Below are positions 34,586-43,776 of a DNA stretch of 64,000 nt, piece by piece. The notes beneath the pieces are model-generated. The model saw only the letters and a program-made list of their open reading frames with translations, ran no database searches and was not told the origin of the DNA. Position numbers and translations under genes: made by a program. This DNA is from Candidatus Buchananbacteria bacterium. GTDB taxonomy: Bacteria > Patescibacteriota > Patescibacteriia > Buchananbacterales > UBA6539. Numbering within the stretch: the first letter of the stretch is position 1; every line of letters begins with the position of its first letter. The DNA is taken from contig JBAYLH010000001.1 in NCBI GenBank assembly GCA_041664165.1, positions 9,469 to 73,468 of the forward strand. Reading direction: 5' to 3'.

Positions 34586-35149
34586 TTGGATACAACACCA
34601 AAAAACCATTTCGCCTTCCTGGTAACACACGGCGAAAAGGAGGATTGTCCAGATCCAGGGATGACGCCGCAAGGTATGAAGCGCGTCGAGTCACTGCGCA
34701 AACCACTGGCCGAATTTCTGCCCAACGGGCCTTCCCAAGTTCATATCGGACTGGGCAAGCGACAACAGGAAGTGGCCGATGCTCTGGGACTGGAAGAACA
34801 CAGCCCCTTTTACTCCGCAGTTTGGGGAGGACCGGAAACAGAGACCAGGCGCGGTGGCAAGTCTTTGATAATGCTGCCAAACGGCCGACTAATTGACTGG
34901 GAACACTACCTGTCAACCATGCATTTGCAGTCGGCGATTTTCCAGGCGATCACTGGCTTACCGGACGGTGCTGTCATCTGTTCCGGCCGACCGGTTCTCA
35001 TCCGGCTCGGTATGGCGCTGACCGACCAATGTTGCCAAAGCGGGGCGTTGTATACCATCCGTTTTACCCCCGGCGACCCCGATTCGATCGAAGTCGAATT
35101 GAAAGTTACCGGCGTCAACCTCGGCGACGACAAAGGCGCGGCAGTTTAA
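34586..35149 (+). CDS. Histidine-phosphatase (SixA/PGAM)-like protein with degenerate catalytic motifs; TTG start; GC-rich cassette iii
   Basis: FLVTHGEKED has Thr in place of the Arg of the RHG motif, and there is no second catalytic His (VICSGRPVL). 187 aa. Confidence 0.45.
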   Translation: MDTTPKNHFAFLVTHGEKEDCPDPGMTPQGMKRVESLRKPLAEFLPNGPSQVHIGLGKRQQEVADALGLEEHSPFYSAVWGGPETETRRGGKSLIMLPNGRLIDWEHYLSTMHLQSAIFQAITGLPDGAVICSGRPVLIRLGMALTDQCCQSGALYTIRFTPGDPDSIEVELKVTGVNLGDDKGAAV

Positions 35150-35170
35150 GCCGCACCGGCAAAAACAAAC

Positions 35171-35211
35171 AGGCACCAGGCCAATTGAGTCTGGTGCCTT
35201 TTCTTTTTTTT
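35171..35211 (+). terminator. Rho-independent terminator
   Basis: aggcaccag-gccaattgagt-ctggtgcct, then TTTTCTTTTTTTT. Confidence 0.6.
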
Positions 35212-35222
35212 AAGCATTCTAA

Positions 35223-36662
35223 CTATTTCAATTTTGTTGCCAGCCCCTTATCTGCATCAACTTCGACTAAATCACCGGTTTTAAAAATCTTAGTTGCAAA
35301 CTTAGTCCCAATAATGCACGGCTTTTTAAATTCCCGAGATATTATCGCCGCATGGCTCAGTACTCCCCCTTCGTCAGTTACCACCGCGGCGGCTTGTTTG
35401 ACTAATGACACCATATTCGTTGTCGTCATTTGGGTTACTAAAATGCTGCCTTTTTTAAATTTAACTTTAGAAAAATCAACTCCCGTTTGAATCAGCATCA
35501 CTCGACCCGTTACCTTGCCGTTATAGGCGGCAAAGCCAGAGACCTTTAAAGACTTAGCTATGGTTGGCTCTAAAATTTTTCGGATTCTTTTAATTTCCGC
35601 CGTCGTTAAAACCTGCCAGCGGCCATGAAGCATTAATACCCCGTTGTCTTTAAACCGGCGGGCAATTTCTCGCTTATTGATTTTGCCGGAAATTACTTCC
35701 GGCGGGGTCAATTCAATAAATTGTTCATAAGACAAGTCAAGTGTTTTGGCTAATTTTTCAAACAATGGCCGAACCAAATAATAAATCCGGGTTGCTTCCT
35801 CAATTTTAACCGAATGCCAATGAGTTGCTTCGGCTAAAATATCAGCCATTTTTTTCAGCCGCTGGCTGGGCCAGTGCGATAAAATTTGCCGACGCTGAGA
35901 AATCAATTTCAGCCGGTCGCGTTCAGCTACTCGCAGCAAAGCCGCTGGATTTTTTCTAAGTAATGGTAGCAATTCTTTTTTCAGCTGTTGAATCGTCAAC
36001 GGATGCTGCTGATACAACCAGGAATTTTTCCAACCCCAATAATTACGGTGCTTCAAGATGTCTCTTTCGTGTTTTTTTAGGCCATCGTTTTTAATTTTTG
36101 CCGCCAATTTCAATAATGCAACATGCTCCTGATTATGTAAAGTCTTTTTCGGCGATTGGCCTAAAATTTTAAATAAACGGGAAAAATCATGCGGCGAAAT
36201 TTTTAGTTCATTAAATAAATCCCTGATTTCAAATTCAATGGCATCGCCTAATAAAAACGGCAAATAGCACCAATGCCAAATTATATTAATCTGCCGTTCA
36301 AACTCAAGATACAATTTTTTTAATTGCTGCTCGCTGAATTCTTCTTTTTCAAGACGCGGTTGAAGGCGGCGAACCCAGTTGGAAAGCTTTTTTGATTCTA
36401 AAAAATATCGCCGAAACCATTGAAAAGCCTGCTCTGGCCGGCGACTTAAAATACTTCTAAGTTCCTTAATTAATGCCTGCGACTCCGACTCTGATAAATA
36501 AGAACCGCCGCTGATCCGGCAATAAGTCTTTATCCGAGACTTAAAATTGCCGACTCGGTGAGTCCTTAAGAGTCCTTGATTCAGTTCATAAATTAAAAGG
36601 GTGGGATACTTGCCCCGAGCTACAATTTTTCGCCAATTTTGCGCCGACGGAATTTTTAGCAT
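35223..36662 (-). CDS. Protein with C-terminal PEP-utilising-enzyme mobile (phosphohistidine swivel) domain; N-terminal region unknown
   Basis: C-terminal GGVLSHAAIISREFKKPCIIGT. 479 aa. Last gene of a four-gene operon. Confidence 0.5.
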   Translation of the reverse strand: MLKIPSAQNWRKIVARGKYPTLLIYELNQGLLRTHRVGNFKSRIKTYCRISGGSYLSESESQALIKELRSILSRRPEQAFQWFRRYFLESKKLSNWVRRLQPRLEKEEFSEQQLKKLYLEFERQINIIWHWCYLPFLLGDAIEFEIRDLFNELKISPHDFSRLFKILGQSPKKTLHNQEHVALLKLAAKIKNDGLKKHERDILKHRNYWGWKNSWLYQQHPLTIQQLKKELLPLLRKNPAALLRVAERDRLKLISQRRQILSHWPSQRLKKMADILAEATHWHSVKIEEATRIYYLVRPLFEKLAKTLDLSYEQFIELTPPEVISGKINKREIARRFKDNGVLMLHGRWQVLTTAEIKRIRKILEPTIAKSLKVSGFAAYNGKVTGRVMLIQTGVDFSKVKFKKGSILVTQMTTTNMVSLVKQAAAVVTDEGGVLSHAAIISREFKKPCIIGTKFATKIFKTGDLVEVDADKGLATKLK

Positions 36663-36664
36663 AT

Positions 36665-38053
36665 TTACAATTCGTAATGGGCTTTGGCAATGGCTAGCTT
36701 TGTCTTTTGAGCCAGCGACTTTAAAGCCGGACTAATCTCAGACGAATATTTTACCCGCTGATTAACCGCGAATAAAGCCGGGCTGAATTTTTTGCACTCG
36801 GCTTGATAATGCTGATTTATTTTTTGCAAAGCCGGCAGTTTACAAACCAGCTTGCCTTTTTTAATAATCGGCATCAGCAATTTTTTACCGCTAATTTTTT
36901 CCTCATCCAGTCCGACGATATCTCTAAAATATTTTCCGTCCTTAGTTTGGCGAAAGACCTGCTTTTTCCCCGGATAAGATAATTTGCCTTCGGAAAGTTT
37001 CATTTTGGGAATTACGGCTGACCCGTCAATCATTTCGCTTAGCTTGCTGACAAAGCCTAATTTCGGCGCATCCGGCGAGGTGGTCAGCTCTTCCCCGCCC
37101 ACGACCACATCGGCAATCATGCCTTGTTTATACATCTTGGTAATTTTATATTCATCTAAGTTTGAGATTAAAATTATCTTAACTTCTTTCAAGCCCGCCT
37201 GATCTAATTTTTTTCTGGCAATTTTGCTTTGTTTGACCAAATCGCCGCTATCGAATTGAATCATATTCGGAAACGGTTTTTTTTGCTTCTTCAATTCTTT
37301 GGCGACTTTGATGAAAATAGCCAAACCTTTCATTGAATCATAAGTATCAAGTAGCCAAAGTCCCCGACCCCGGCAATATTTAGAAAAAACCCTTAAGGCC
37401 TGCTCTTCGGTGGCAAAAGAAGAAATAAAAGAATGAGTAACAGCGCCTTTTTCAACTTCCAAATTATTGCGCAAACCAAATATCGGCATAGCCGCCAGGT
37501 CAACCCCGACCGACTTAGCCGCTCTTAAAGCGATCGCGGAAGCTTGCGGGCCGTGGGCGCGGATAAAATTAACGCCGGTCGTTATTCCCGGTTTAACCGA
37601 ATGGACAAACCGCGACATTTTGGTAGTCAGAACCGAATAAGCCATCACCGCATTTAAAACATAGCGCTCAATAATCTGAGCTTCGATTAAAGGCGCACAG
37701 ATTCGCATAACTGGTTGGTAAGGAAAAAATAGTGAGCCTTCCGGCATCGCGTATAAATCGCCGGTAAACCGAAAATTACGGTAATATTCCATTACTTCAT
37801 CGGAAAAATTATAGCCTTTTTTCAGATATTCAAGCTGGGCTTGATCAAATTTCAAATTGAGTAAATAATCAACCACCGGCTCCAGCCCGGCAAAAACTAG
37901 ATAATTGCGGCAAGCCGGCATTTCGCGGACAAAAATATCATGAGTGCCCCAAAGATTCTGCATTCCTTCAGAAACCATCATTCCACCCGTGGCAATGAAC
38001 CCGCCGCTGGTAAAAAGCGACAATTCCTCTTGGGTAATAAATTCATTAAACAT
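36665..38053 (-). CDS. Nicotinate phosphoribosyltransferase-like protein (paralog B)
   Basis: AGLEPVVDYLLNLKF...FRFTGDLYAMPEGSLFFPYQPVMRI...EAQIIERYVLNAVMAYSVLTTKMSR and FDSGDL fit the NAPRTase family pattern. 462 aa. Confidence 0.55.
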   Translation of the reverse strand: MFNEFITQEELSLFTSGGFIATGGMMVSEGMQNLWGTHDIFVREMPACRNYLVFAGLEPVVDYLLNLKFDQAQLEYLKKGYNFSDEVMEYYRNFRFTGDLYAMPEGSLFFPYQPVMRICAPLIEAQIIERYVLNAVMAYSVLTTKMSRFVHSVKPGITTGVNFIRAHGPQASAIALRAAKSVGVDLAAMPIFGLRNNLEVEKGAVTHSFISSFATEEQALRVFSKYCRGRGLWLLDTYDSMKGLAIFIKVAKELKKQKKPFPNMIQFDSGDLVKQSKIARKKLDQAGLKEVKIILISNLDEYKITKMYKQGMIADVVVGGEELTTSPDAPKLGFVSKLSEMIDGSAVIPKMKLSEGKLSYPGKKQVFRQTKDGKYFRDIVGLDEEKISGKKLLMPIIKKGKLVCKLPALQKINQHYQAECKKFSPALFAVNQRVKYSSEISPALKSLAQKTKLAIAKAHYEL

Positions 38054-38067
38054 AATTAATTATTTAT

Positions 38068-39453
38068 TTATAAATCATAATGGACTTTATAAATCGTCTT
38101 TTTGGTTTTTTGAGTCAATTTGGCTAACTCCGGACTGATTTTTACCTGATAACTTGTTTTATGGCTAATGGAAAAAAGATTGCTGAAAAATTTTTTCCGC
38201 TCCTTTTCGTAGCGGCGGTTAATCTCTTCCGGCGTCGGCAAATTATACCTTAATTTTCCTTTTTCAATCATCGGCAAAAGCAGCCGCTGGCCTTTAATTT
38301 TTTCCGCTTCCAGTCCGACAATGTCTTTAGAATACCGGCCATTTTTAATCTGCCGAAATACCTGTTTTTTCCCAGGCAAAGAAACTTTACCGACTGACAA
38401 TTTCATTTTGGGAATCGGCTGGCCGTTTTTAATAACTTCGCTCAATTTATAAACCACGCTTAGCTTGGGCGCGTCGGGCGAAGTGGTCAATTCCTCGCCG
38501 GCAACATAATAATCAGCTGCTGCTCCCTGCTGATTCATTTTTTTAACCCGGTGTTCGTTCAAATTCGACAGTAACATTATTTTCACGTCTTTTAAATTCG
38601 TCCGGTCAAGCAATTTTCTGGCAACTTTGCTTTGCTTGACCAAATCGCCGCTGTCAAACAAAACATACGGCGGATAAAACTTTTTTTTCTTTTTTAATTC
38701 CGAAGCAACTTTGATAAAAATATCAAGGCCTTTTTTGGCGTCATAAGTATCAAGCAGCCAAAGCCCCTTGCCCCGGCAATATTTGGCATAAGTCCTCAAG
38801 GCCGCTTCTTCGGTCGGAAAAGAAGAAATATAAGCGTGCGTTGTCCCGCCGCTGTCTGGTTTTAATTTGTGTTTCTGGCTGATATAAGGGATACTTGCCA
38901 TTTTAGCCCCGACAATTTTAGCCGAACGCAGGGAAATATTTGAAGCCTCAATCCCTTGAGCTCGCGTGTAATTAAGGCCGCAGCTGACCTGACCGGCGGC
39001 GATGACAAACCGGGAAATTTTTGAGGCTAAAACCGTATAAACCATTACCCGATTGATAATAAATCTTTCAATCAGCTGGGCTTCGATAATCGGCGCCGAA
39101 ATTGTCATTACCGGCTCATTGGCAAAAAACAAACTCCCCTCCGGCATCGCCCAAACATTTCCCGAAAACCGCAGCTGTCGATAATATTTCATTACGGCCG
39201 GCGGAAAACCATAACTTTTTTTCAAATAGCTTAGCTGATCCTTGGTCAATTTATAATCAAGCAAATAATGAATAATGTTTTCCAGGCCGGAAAACACCAA
39301 ATAATTTCTATTTTCCGGCAAGTCGCGGACAAACACGTCGTAAGTTACCCATAAATCTTTCATTCCTTCCTGAAAATAAATCGACCCTAAAACAAAACAA
39401 GCGCCACTGGTATAAAAAGGCAAATCTTCTTTTTCAACGAATTCATCAAACAT
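38068..39453 (-). CDS. Nicotinate phosphoribosyltransferase-like protein (paralog A, tandem duplicate)
   Basis: Collinear with paralog B along the whole length (SGLENIIHYLLDYKL...FRFSGNVWAMPEGSLFFANEPVMTI...FDSGDL). 461 aa. Confidence 0.55.
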   Translation of the reverse strand: MFDEFVEKEDLPFYTSGACFVLGSIYFQEGMKDLWVTYDVFVRDLPENRNYLVFSGLENIIHYLLDYKLTKDQLSYLKKSYGFPPAVMKYYRQLRFSGNVWAMPEGSLFFANEPVMTISAPIIEAQLIERFIINRVMVYTVLASKISRFVIAAGQVSCGLNYTRAQGIEASNISLRSAKIVGAKMASIPYISQKHKLKPDSGGTTHAYISSFPTEEAALRTYAKYCRGKGLWLLDTYDAKKGLDIFIKVASELKKKKKFYPPYVLFDSGDLVKQSKVARKLLDRTNLKDVKIMLLSNLNEHRVKKMNQQGAAADYYVAGEELTTSPDAPKLSVVYKLSEVIKNGQPIPKMKLSVGKVSLPGKKQVFRQIKNGRYSKDIVGLEAEKIKGQRLLLPMIEKGKLRYNLPTPEEINRRYEKERKKFFSNLFSISHKTSYQVKISPELAKLTQKTKKTIYKVHYDL

Positions 39454-39456
39454 AAA

Positions 39457-40224
39457 TTATATTCCGCCTCCGTCTTCAAATTCTTCCTGATTTCTCATAA
39501 ACTCACCCAGATTATAACGGCGAAGCTGCTCTTGAGTTTCTTCATCGACCGGCACGCCTAAACTTTGCCAATAATAACTCTCAACAATTTTTTCCGTTAA
39601 TTCCGCGCCTTGCGGCTCATTGCCCAAAACATAAACATTATCCAATATTTTCGGGTCATTAAGCTTTTTTTCTTTCCTGGCTTGCAAAGTTAAAAGGTCA
39701 GTATGTTTTAAAGTTGGATCCAAAATAATCACCGGCCGGACTGGTTTTTCTTCTTCGCCGATTCGCTGACCAATCCGCTCGCTTTCCAACGCCGTAAATA
39801 ATTCAACCACGGTTCCCTGTCCCCCGCCTAAAACGACATAGGCGCTAGACTCATCAACTAAATGGCCCAACCGCTGCGGCAAAGTTTCAGACCGGATAAC
39901 TCCGGCTTTCTTGGCCTCTCTTGATCTTAATTTTTCCGCTTCAAAAGTAAAAGCTTTAACCATTGCTTTTGGTTTCAGTCCGAGCGCTTCGGCTTTTTCG
40001 ACGCCGGCTTCGCTGGCCGCTTTCATCACCCCGCCATAGCCGCCGGTGCCAAGACTAAAGCCATTTTCAACCAGCCGAGTCGCAACTTGACTGGCGTTTT
40101 CGATAGCAATTTTATCTTCTTTGGTTGTCTCGCCGCCGGTGCCAAAAATCGCCACTTGGTAAGCTGCTCGCCGTTCTGACGAATCTTGACTTTCTCTTGC
40201 TCCCTCTGGTCCTTTGGTTCTCAT
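39457..40224 (-). CDS. LOG-family (TIGR00730) Rossmann-fold nucleotide phosphoribohydrolase-like protein
   Basis: GTGGYGGVMKAAS and VLGGGQGTVVEL motifs. Confidence 0.6.
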   Translation of the reverse strand: MRTKGPEGARESQDSSERRAAYQVAIFGTGGETTKEDKIAIENASQVATRLVENGFSLGTGGYGGVMKAASEAGVEKAEALGLKPKAMVKAFTFEAEKLRSREAKKAGVIRSETLPQRLGHLVDESSAYVVLGGGQGTVVELFTALESERIGQRIGEEEKPVRPVIILDPTLKHTDLLTLQARKEKKLNDPKILDNVYVLGNEPQGAELTEKIVESYYWQSLGVPVDEETQEQLRRYNLGEFMRNQEEFEDGGGI

Positions 40225-40235
40225 ATTTTTTAAAT

Positions 40236-40943
40236 TTAATTCAATTTCTCAATCGTAATATCATCAAAAGTTTTCGTCTGCCTGGCAACGACTACTCTTT
40301 GCTTAATTAATTCCAAAAGCGCCAAAAAACTGACAATCACTTCGGTTCGATCCTTAGCCTCCCGCAAAATTTCAGAAAAATTAGCCGAAGCCTGGCGGTA
40401 AATTTTTTCCCGGATCTGGGCGATTTTTTCCTGGATACTGATGGTTTTTCTGACGACTTCCGTGGGCAAATTCAAAATCGGCGCCAAACCGCGGATAATC
40501 TCTTCAAAAACTTGGGCTAATTTATTTTTGGTTAATTTTTCCGGCGGGGCAAAACCGATTTCTTCGGCGACTAAAAGTTTTTCGCGGGAAAAACTGAATC
40601 GTTTTTTGCCAATCATTCCCGAAACCACCTTGCACGCTTCCAGGTATTCTTTGTAAATTTTAAGCTGCTTGGTCAGCTCTTCGCCCTCTTCTTCTTCGCC
40701 CCATTCCAAAAACGGCAAGAGCGCTTTGGATTTGATCAAAAGCAATCTGGCCGCAATCACTAAAAAATCAGCCAACTCCTCGGCTGAAACCGCGCTTTGG
40801 GTTGATTGATTTAGAATCTGAATATATTGCTCAGTTACCTGGGCCAAAGAAACTTTGGTAATCTCTAATTTTTGTTCTTCGATTAGCTGAAGCAACAAAT
40901 CGAGCGGCCCTTCAAACTGTTGGACTTTGACTTTATGCATCAT
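40236..40943 (-). CDS. scpA: Segregation and condensation protein A
   Basis: FEGPLDLLLQLIEEQKLEITKVSLAQVTEQY. Confidence 0.8.
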   Translation of the reverse strand: MMHKVKVQQFEGPLDLLLQLIEEQKLEITKVSLAQVTEQYIQILNQSTQSAVSAEELADFLVIAARLLLIKSKALLPFLEWGEEEEGEELTKQLKIYKEYLEACKVVSGMIGKKRFSFSREKLLVAEEIGFAPPEKLTKNKLAQVFEEIIRGLAPILNLPTEVVRKTISIQEKIAQIREKIYRQASANFSEILREAKDRTEVIVSFLALLELIKQRVVVARQTKTFDDITIEKLN

Positions 40944-41027
40944 AAAAGCAAATCAAGTTGGCAAGCAAATCAAGTTGGCAAGCTTACCTTACTTGATTTA
41001 CTGAATTCACTAACTTTCTATTCATCA

Positions 41028-41621
41028 TTACTTGCGTCTTTTTCCTGTGGCCTTCTTGGTTAATTTTCTTTTTGGTTTTTTAGATGATTTTTTAGCTACC
41101 TTCTTCTTACCACTTTTTTTAACTTTCTTTTTTGACCTAACCTGCAGCTTATAACCGCCCGTTTTGGCAAAATTTGCCAGTTTGGCCTGTTCTAATTCAA
41201 TAAAATCCTTGGCTTTCATTCGAATCGAATCGGTAAAACTGCCGGCAGTCAAAATCACGTCTTTGGTTTTGAGCAGACTTTTATCCACCCAGACTTCGAC
41301 TTTGTGCAAACCGCCGAAAGCTGTCATGGTTCCGGGCTTAACTTTAAAAACCTTGAGCATCATTTTCTCGTCGGGAATAGAAACTTTTTTTACCTTCAGT
41401 GCCTGTTTGAGCTTGGCTAAATCAATTCTCATGTGCGCCGGCACCACGGCGATAATATAAGCTTTGTCCGTGGCAACTAATAAATTCTTGGCAATTTCCT
41501 TGAGCTCTTTTTGCAAAGTCTGCGCCGCGTCATAAGCGGTATAAACGGTTTTATGGGTAATGGCATCGTATTTGGCCAAATTTTTATCGAGATAAGTTTT
41601 GATGTGTTTAGGGATTGGCAT
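41028..41621 (-). CDS. YbaK/ProX-like aminoacyl-tRNA deacylase domain protein with Lys-rich C-terminal tail
   Basis: YDAITHKTVYTAYDAAQTLQ...TMTAFGGL core, then a 50-aa K/R-rich tail. Confidence 0.5.
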   Translation of the reverse strand: MPIPKHIKTYLDKNLAKYDAITHKTVYTAYDAAQTLQKELKEIAKNLLVATDKAYIIAVVPAHMRIDLAKLKQALKVKKVSIPDEKMMLKVFKVKPGTMTAFGGLHKVEVWVDKSLLKTKDVILTAGSFTDSIRMKAKDFIELEQAKLANFAKTGGYKLQVRSKKKVKKSGKKKVAKKSSKKPKRKLTKKATGKRRK

Positions 41622-41674
41622 AGATTAGATAATTATAAATTATAAATTATTGATTATTGATTATTGATTTTCAT

Positions 41675-42625
41675 CTAGTTAACTGGCGCTGCCTGGGGTA
41701 CGGGGGCAGGTATTATTTTGCCATTTAAGGAATCAGTAACCGTTGAATTAAAACACTGATAGCCTGCCTGGTGATAAGACCAATCTTTGTTGCCGCCATA
41801 AGTATAATCCCGATTGTTTGAGTCTACGGCCAAAGAAAAAGTCGCGCAAAGTTCGTAGTTTTTATCGCCTAAAATTTTGTAACCATAAGGTTTCTCGTTT
41901 TCCGGATCTTTAAACTGAGCAAATTTTGCGGCCGTCAAATCAGCGGGCAATTTTTTATTTTGGGCATAATCATCATTAATCATTCCGTCAAGATTATACA
42001 AATCGCTAATTCGCTGCTGATCAAATTTAATGAGTCGAGCCTGGGCTGGCGAATCGATAATCATAAACCCACCAATTACTGAGGCTAAAGCAATAATAAC
42101 AACTATAATCATGGCCAATTTGGAAACTAGGCTTTTCTGGCTAAAATCTTTTCTGGTTAAATCATAAAGATAATAGCCGAAAATCCCGCCGGCAATTACA
42201 AAAATTACCAGGGTTTTTAAAACGACCGCCATCGCATAATCGCCGTCTAGAAAGCGGAAAAGCTGGTAAATCAACCGGCCGATGATGGTTAAAGCCGAAA
42301 CTAAAAGCATTAAATAAGTCAGCCAGCGATGAACGCCGCTTTGATGGCTAAGCTTGCCAATTTTATAATTATGATGCAGCCAGCCGGAAATTGCCAAATA
42401 GACCGGCGTCAAAATTATGGCCGAAGCAATGCCGAATTTAAGCGGACCCTGAGAAAAAACAGCGACATAATCAATGGCTTTGGCAGTAAAAAATTTGTTG
42501 ACGATCTGAAATAAAATCATGCCAATGGCAATTGACATCCAGCCAACCGTAATCAAGCTTAGCAGATTCAAAAAGGCGTCTAAAGCCCCTTTGCCTTTAA
42601 ATTGTTCTTGAGTTTGTGTCTCCAT
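41675..42625 (-). CDS. Membrane protein, function unknown
   Basis: 316 aa with 4-5 TM helices and a Cys/Trp-containing C-terminal extracytoplasmic domain. Confidence 0.4.
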   Translation of the reverse strand: METQTQEQFKGKGALDAFLNLLSLITVGWMSIAIGMILFQIVNKFFTAKAIDYVAVFSQGPLKFGIASAIILTPVYLAISGWLHHNYKIGKLSHQSGVHRWLTYLMLLVSALTIIGRLIYQLFRFLDGDYAMAVVLKTLVIFVIAGGIFGYYLYDLTRKDFSQKSLVSKLAMIIVVIIALASVIGGFMIIDSPAQARLIKFDQQRISDLYNLDGMINDDYAQNKKLPADLTAAKFAQFKDPENEKPYGYKILGDKNYELCATFSLAVDSNNRDYTYGGNKDWSYHQAGYQCFNSTVTDSLNGKIIPAPVPQAAPVN

Positions 42626-42652
42626 ATTTTTTTTAAAATTAAAAATTAGAGC

Positions 42653-42964
42653 TCATTTTTTAATATTTTTAAATGGCAGTTTTTGCTGAAAGCCAAATAG
42701 ACTTTTGGCTAACTTGCTGCCTTTAGGGGTTAATTTAACCTGTTTGATAAACCACTTATGCGACGTTTTCCAGCCGTAACCGATTATCAGCTCTTTTTTA
42801 ATCAGCCGCTCTACACTTTTGGTGATGATATTAATCGCATCTTTGGCTTTTGGCAATTTAGATTTGTTACTATAAAAATGTTCCAAAGTTGCTTTAGAAA
42901 TTATTTTGTCTTTCGTTTGGACACACTGCTTTAGGATGTATTTTTGGAGAACGGAAAGTTTCAT
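42653..42964 (-). CDS. Small basic hypothetical protein
   Basis: 103 aa, Lys-rich. Confidence 0.35.
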   Translation of the reverse strand: MKLSVLQKYILKQCVQTKDKIISKATLEHFYSNKSKLPKAKDAINIITKSVERLIKKELIIGYGWKTSHKWFIKQVKLTPKGSKLAKSLFGFQQKLPFKNIKK

Positions 42965-43034
42965 AGTTTCAGTAAATCAAGTTTGCAAGCTAACAAGCCG
43001 CTTGATTTACTTGTTGACTTGCCAGCTGGCGAAC

Positions 43035-43703
43035 TTATAACAACTTGAAGTTATTAATTTCCAGCCCGAATTTATAGCCTAAATACTCGGCGGCAATGCG
43101 GCAAAACGCCATGCGTTCGGTAAAAATTTCGAAGTATTCCAGCGGCGCGGAAAATTTGGTGTCCAATTTAAGCCGTAAACTGATTAATTTCCTTTTCGGA
43201 TCAACCACTAAATCATTATCAATGATGGCATAATTAACCCGGTCATGAATGTCTTTTTCAAAATTATAACCCTTAGATTGTTTAACCCGCGACCGATGAA
43301 CATCGGATTTATCGGCTAAAATTAAAACCGCCGTGACGACATCAACAATTTTTAATTCATCTTTATCATGGCTGACAATCGCCTGCATAATCGTTGAAAC
43401 ATCATCGGGATTATCAACTTGATTCAAAAAAACCTGGGAAAAAAGCAAAGCGGCCCAATAATGATGCTGGGTTCGACCCAAAAAATTTCCCAAGTCATGG
43501 CAGTAGCCGGCAATTGACGATAATTCCTGATCGCGCTCTTTTAAACCAAGTTTTTTGGCGATGCTGCGCGCCCGGTCGGCCACGATATTGATATGGCGCA
43601 AACCATGGTCGGTATAACCCAAGGCATTTAAATACTTTTCCGTTTGGCCGATAAAATTTTTAATCTTTTTATCATTTTTAACGATGTCTAAGGTTAATTT
43701 CAT
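43035..43703 (-). CDS. HD-domain phosphohydrolase
   Basis: HGLRHINIVA...GYCHDLGNF HD motif. Confidence 0.6.
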   Translation of the reverse strand: MKLTLDIVKNDKKIKNFIGQTEKYLNALGYTDHGLRHINIVADRARSIAKKLGLKERDQELSSIAGYCHDLGNFLGRTQHHYWAALLFSQVFLNQVDNPDDVSTIMQAIVSHDKDELKIVDVVTAVLILADKSDVHRSRVKQSKGYNFEKDIHDRVNYAIIDNDLVVDPKRKLISLRLKLDTKFSAPLEYFEIFTERMAFCRIAAEYLGYKFGLEINNFKLL

Positions 43704-43776
43704 AGGAATTTAGGAAGTTAGGTACTAGGTACTTTAGGTGCTAGGTGTTAGGTTGTTAGGGGTTTAGAATTTTAAT
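43704..43776. repeat. (ACCUAA)n-type leader repeat abutting the HD-protein start codon
   Basis: Coding strand reads ccctaacaacctaacacctagcacctaaagtacctagtacctaacttcctaaattcctATG. Confidence 0.5.

Noticed and set aside
34531-35490. Overlapping ORFs 34531..34725(-), 34548..34916(-), 34645..34896(+), 34906..35133(-), 34958..35176(-), 35029..35490(+)
   Set aside because: All lie within or antisense to GC-rich cassette iii. Only 34586..35149(+) has a promoter, RBS, terminator and a recognisable fold.
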